NCBI GenBank assembly: GCA_036172245.1 | Contig: JAYWIR010000034.1 | Span: 2,170,001 to 2,234,000 of the forward strand | Source of the DNA: Raillietiella orientalis | Lineage: Eukaryota | Direction of reading: 5' to 3' | DNA length: 64,000 bases | Shown here: positions 62,068 through 64,000 of the stretch, piece after piece | Layout: every line of letters begins with the position of its first letter | How positions within the stretch are numbered: position 1 is the stretch's first letter | Program-made: the position numbers and the translations under genes | The notes under the pieces: model-generated | Seen by the model: the letters and a program-made list of their open reading frames with translations, nothing else | The model's database searches: none | What the model was told of the DNA's origin: nothing

Positions 62068-64000
62068 GTTTATCACCCAGTCACCCCGGGACGTTTATTA
62101 TAAAAAATAAACATACGTGTGTAGGGCAGTCGTCTCCGTATTGTCCGAAAATGCTCGGAACCTTCCGAGTAAGCGGCACGCGGGCCGGAGAGGTTCGCCT
62201 CGGAAGCGGGAGGGGAGGGGGGCAAGGGCGCAAACGAAAATGAAAACAAAAACAAAAAAACACTATATACAAAAAATTGGGAGCGTAAGGGAAGGGATTA
62301 CTGTCCTCTGGAGGGTCTCATCCCCATCCTTTCCAGAATGCTGGCAAGTTTCCTCAGATATGTCTCGGGCGGGGCCATCTCGGGCTGCCGTTCTCATGAA
62401 GCGCAGGGTGAAGCAGATGACGCTCCTAGCGCGCTGTCCTCTTCTCGCGTAGCTCCAGGTCTTCACAATCCCTCGTAGGCAGCAAAGAGCTGCTGGGATC
62501 CGGCAGGCGAAAGGGCATCGGGCACGAACAGGTAATTCATCAAGTCCCTAGCATTGTTCGTCAGTGCACCAAGGGGTGTTGCATAACGCAACCACAGGAG
62601 CCGGAGGGCAACACAGTCTACAAGCAGGTGCGCGAGGGATTTCCGTTCCCCGTACCTGCAGCGGTTGGGATCCACAGTCCCCCAAGTCCAGTGAGACCAG
62701 CGGGCGTTGCACGGGAGACCCCAGTGCAACCGCAGAAGTGCCGACTCCTGCCACTTTAGGGGGAGGACTCGGTTGTTCTTCAGCGCTTATGGCCACTCGA
62801 GGTCATTCTGTAAAATTCCCAGCAGCTCACCCTAGCTCAATTGGTCACTTGACGTCGAAGCGTCCATGAGCTAGCCCGTGGTACAACCACCTAATTCCTT
62901 CGTCCGAAGACCTATTTCGCAACTCTCTCGTTTGGCAGACTGGTTACTGCCCAATTGCTTCCTGAGGGACAACAGTGCCACGGTTAGGGAGGTTCTTTGC
63001 GCTCATGCGCACGTGGTTGGCTGCATGATGATGTCCTGCAGCGAGCGGTTGCTGTAGAAGGAATGCAGTAGTCGCTGCCGCATCTCCAGGCTCGCTTCTT
63101 TGTTCTTGACTCATGTGAGAACGGTTTGCTGCAACCAGGCACTACCGCTCGCGGTCCGGCAGGGAAGCTACTTCGGGTGTCTTCCTATCGCTTCGAGCGT
63201 ATCTCCACGGAGAGGCGGGATGCCAAACTACCTCTGCGACTGCCTCTCTACGTGAAAGCCCGTCGCGCTCGAAGAAGCGTCGCAGAGCAGGTTCGGGAGC
63301 AACGGAGTCAGCTCCCGTCACCCGAGAGGAGGAGGCTGACTCCAGCGCCTGAGGTTCCCTGAGGACATCAAGCAGCGGGTGCGGGAACAATTCGACAATC
63401 TCGCACCTGGAATAGTTATCCTGGAAACGACCGGAAGCCCAGTGAAGAAAGATCATCACCCGGTTTTTCGTTTTTCCACCTGACAGAGAGGGTCGAAGGA
63501 TCCATGCTAGGGGCAGGGACCACCAGTTTCGCAAGGGACACGTCGAAGAGTCTTCCCCGTCGAAGCAGTCCTTTAGTCGTGACCGTAGCGTGGCAGCGTC
63601 GACCGGCTCGCTTGTGCTCCGGCCGTCTTGGAGTTTGGCCACTCCAGCAATGCTACGGAAGAACCTCCGACCTTGTCGATTAAATGCTGCCGTCGCTTTC
63701 TCTGGGGGAAGGCAGCGTTGCAGCAGGCGGTCTGGGTCTCTTCCTCGGAGTACTGCAGCGGATCTTCCAAGGGGATGCTATGCGGACTCATCAGCTCCTC
63801 AAAAGGGCGAAACGGATTGCACTGGGAGTAGAGGGATGCATGGACAATGACGATCGACTGTGGGCCACATCGAGCGATGCGGCCCACAGTTTGCATCCTA
63901 AGGCAATCGGTAATCGCAATACCCGGTGCACAGCTGACGTCAGCCGTGCTTTTCCAGCGGAGTCATGACAAAGGACAGTCTCTTCCTTGCACGTTCTTCA
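62068..64000 (-). mobile_element. 3' part of decayed Tx1/L1-like LINE, runs off the window
   Basis: LPCNARW...CRYGERKSLAHLLVDCVALRLLW zinc finger, T-rich 3' UTR and AATAAA at ~62094-62099. The terminus is homologous to 788-830. Confidence 0.6.

Noticed and set aside
1..64000. CRISPR array, operon, rRNA or viral insert
   Set aside because: No regularly spaced direct repeats, dense intronless genes or rRNA signatures were seen. Spliceosomal introns indicate eukaryotic nuclear DNA.

Overview
Eukaryotic genomic DNA, probably from an invertebrate animal such as an arthropod (inferred from gene type and intron style; the species cannot be determined here). One real gene is recognisable: a minus-strand, spliced immunoglobulin-superfamily cell-surface gene (signal peptide + 3 Ig domains + 1 FN3; Klingon/Wrapper-type architecture). 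I traced nine coding exons by hand between 53176 and 32094, with canonical GT-AG, phase-compatible junctions giving about 416 codons. Its terminal (GPI/TM) exon could not be placed with confidence. Most of the remaining sequence, including the large introns, appears to be heavily decayed non-LTR retrotransposons (Tx1/L1-like, RTE-like, CR1/L2/Jockey-like) in both orientations. These were recognised only from degenerate endonuclease, RT and zinc-finger motif spacing, so their boundaries and clade calls are approximate. Most long ORFs in the supplied track are artefacts of GC-rich decayed LINEs. Notable structure: (1) three closely spaced inverted-repeat pairs, including a ~96% identical 169-bp intronic hairpin with a fold-back end; (2) sharp GC-rich/AT-richer blocks, with third-codon-position GC (GC3) switching inside the single gene; (3) a conserved non-poly(A) 3' terminus shared by two Tx1-like copies. 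I found no prokaryotic features, CRISPR arrays, rRNA or intact tRNA, and no clear new biological system. The best leads are the inverted-repeat homogenisation pattern and the compositional domains.
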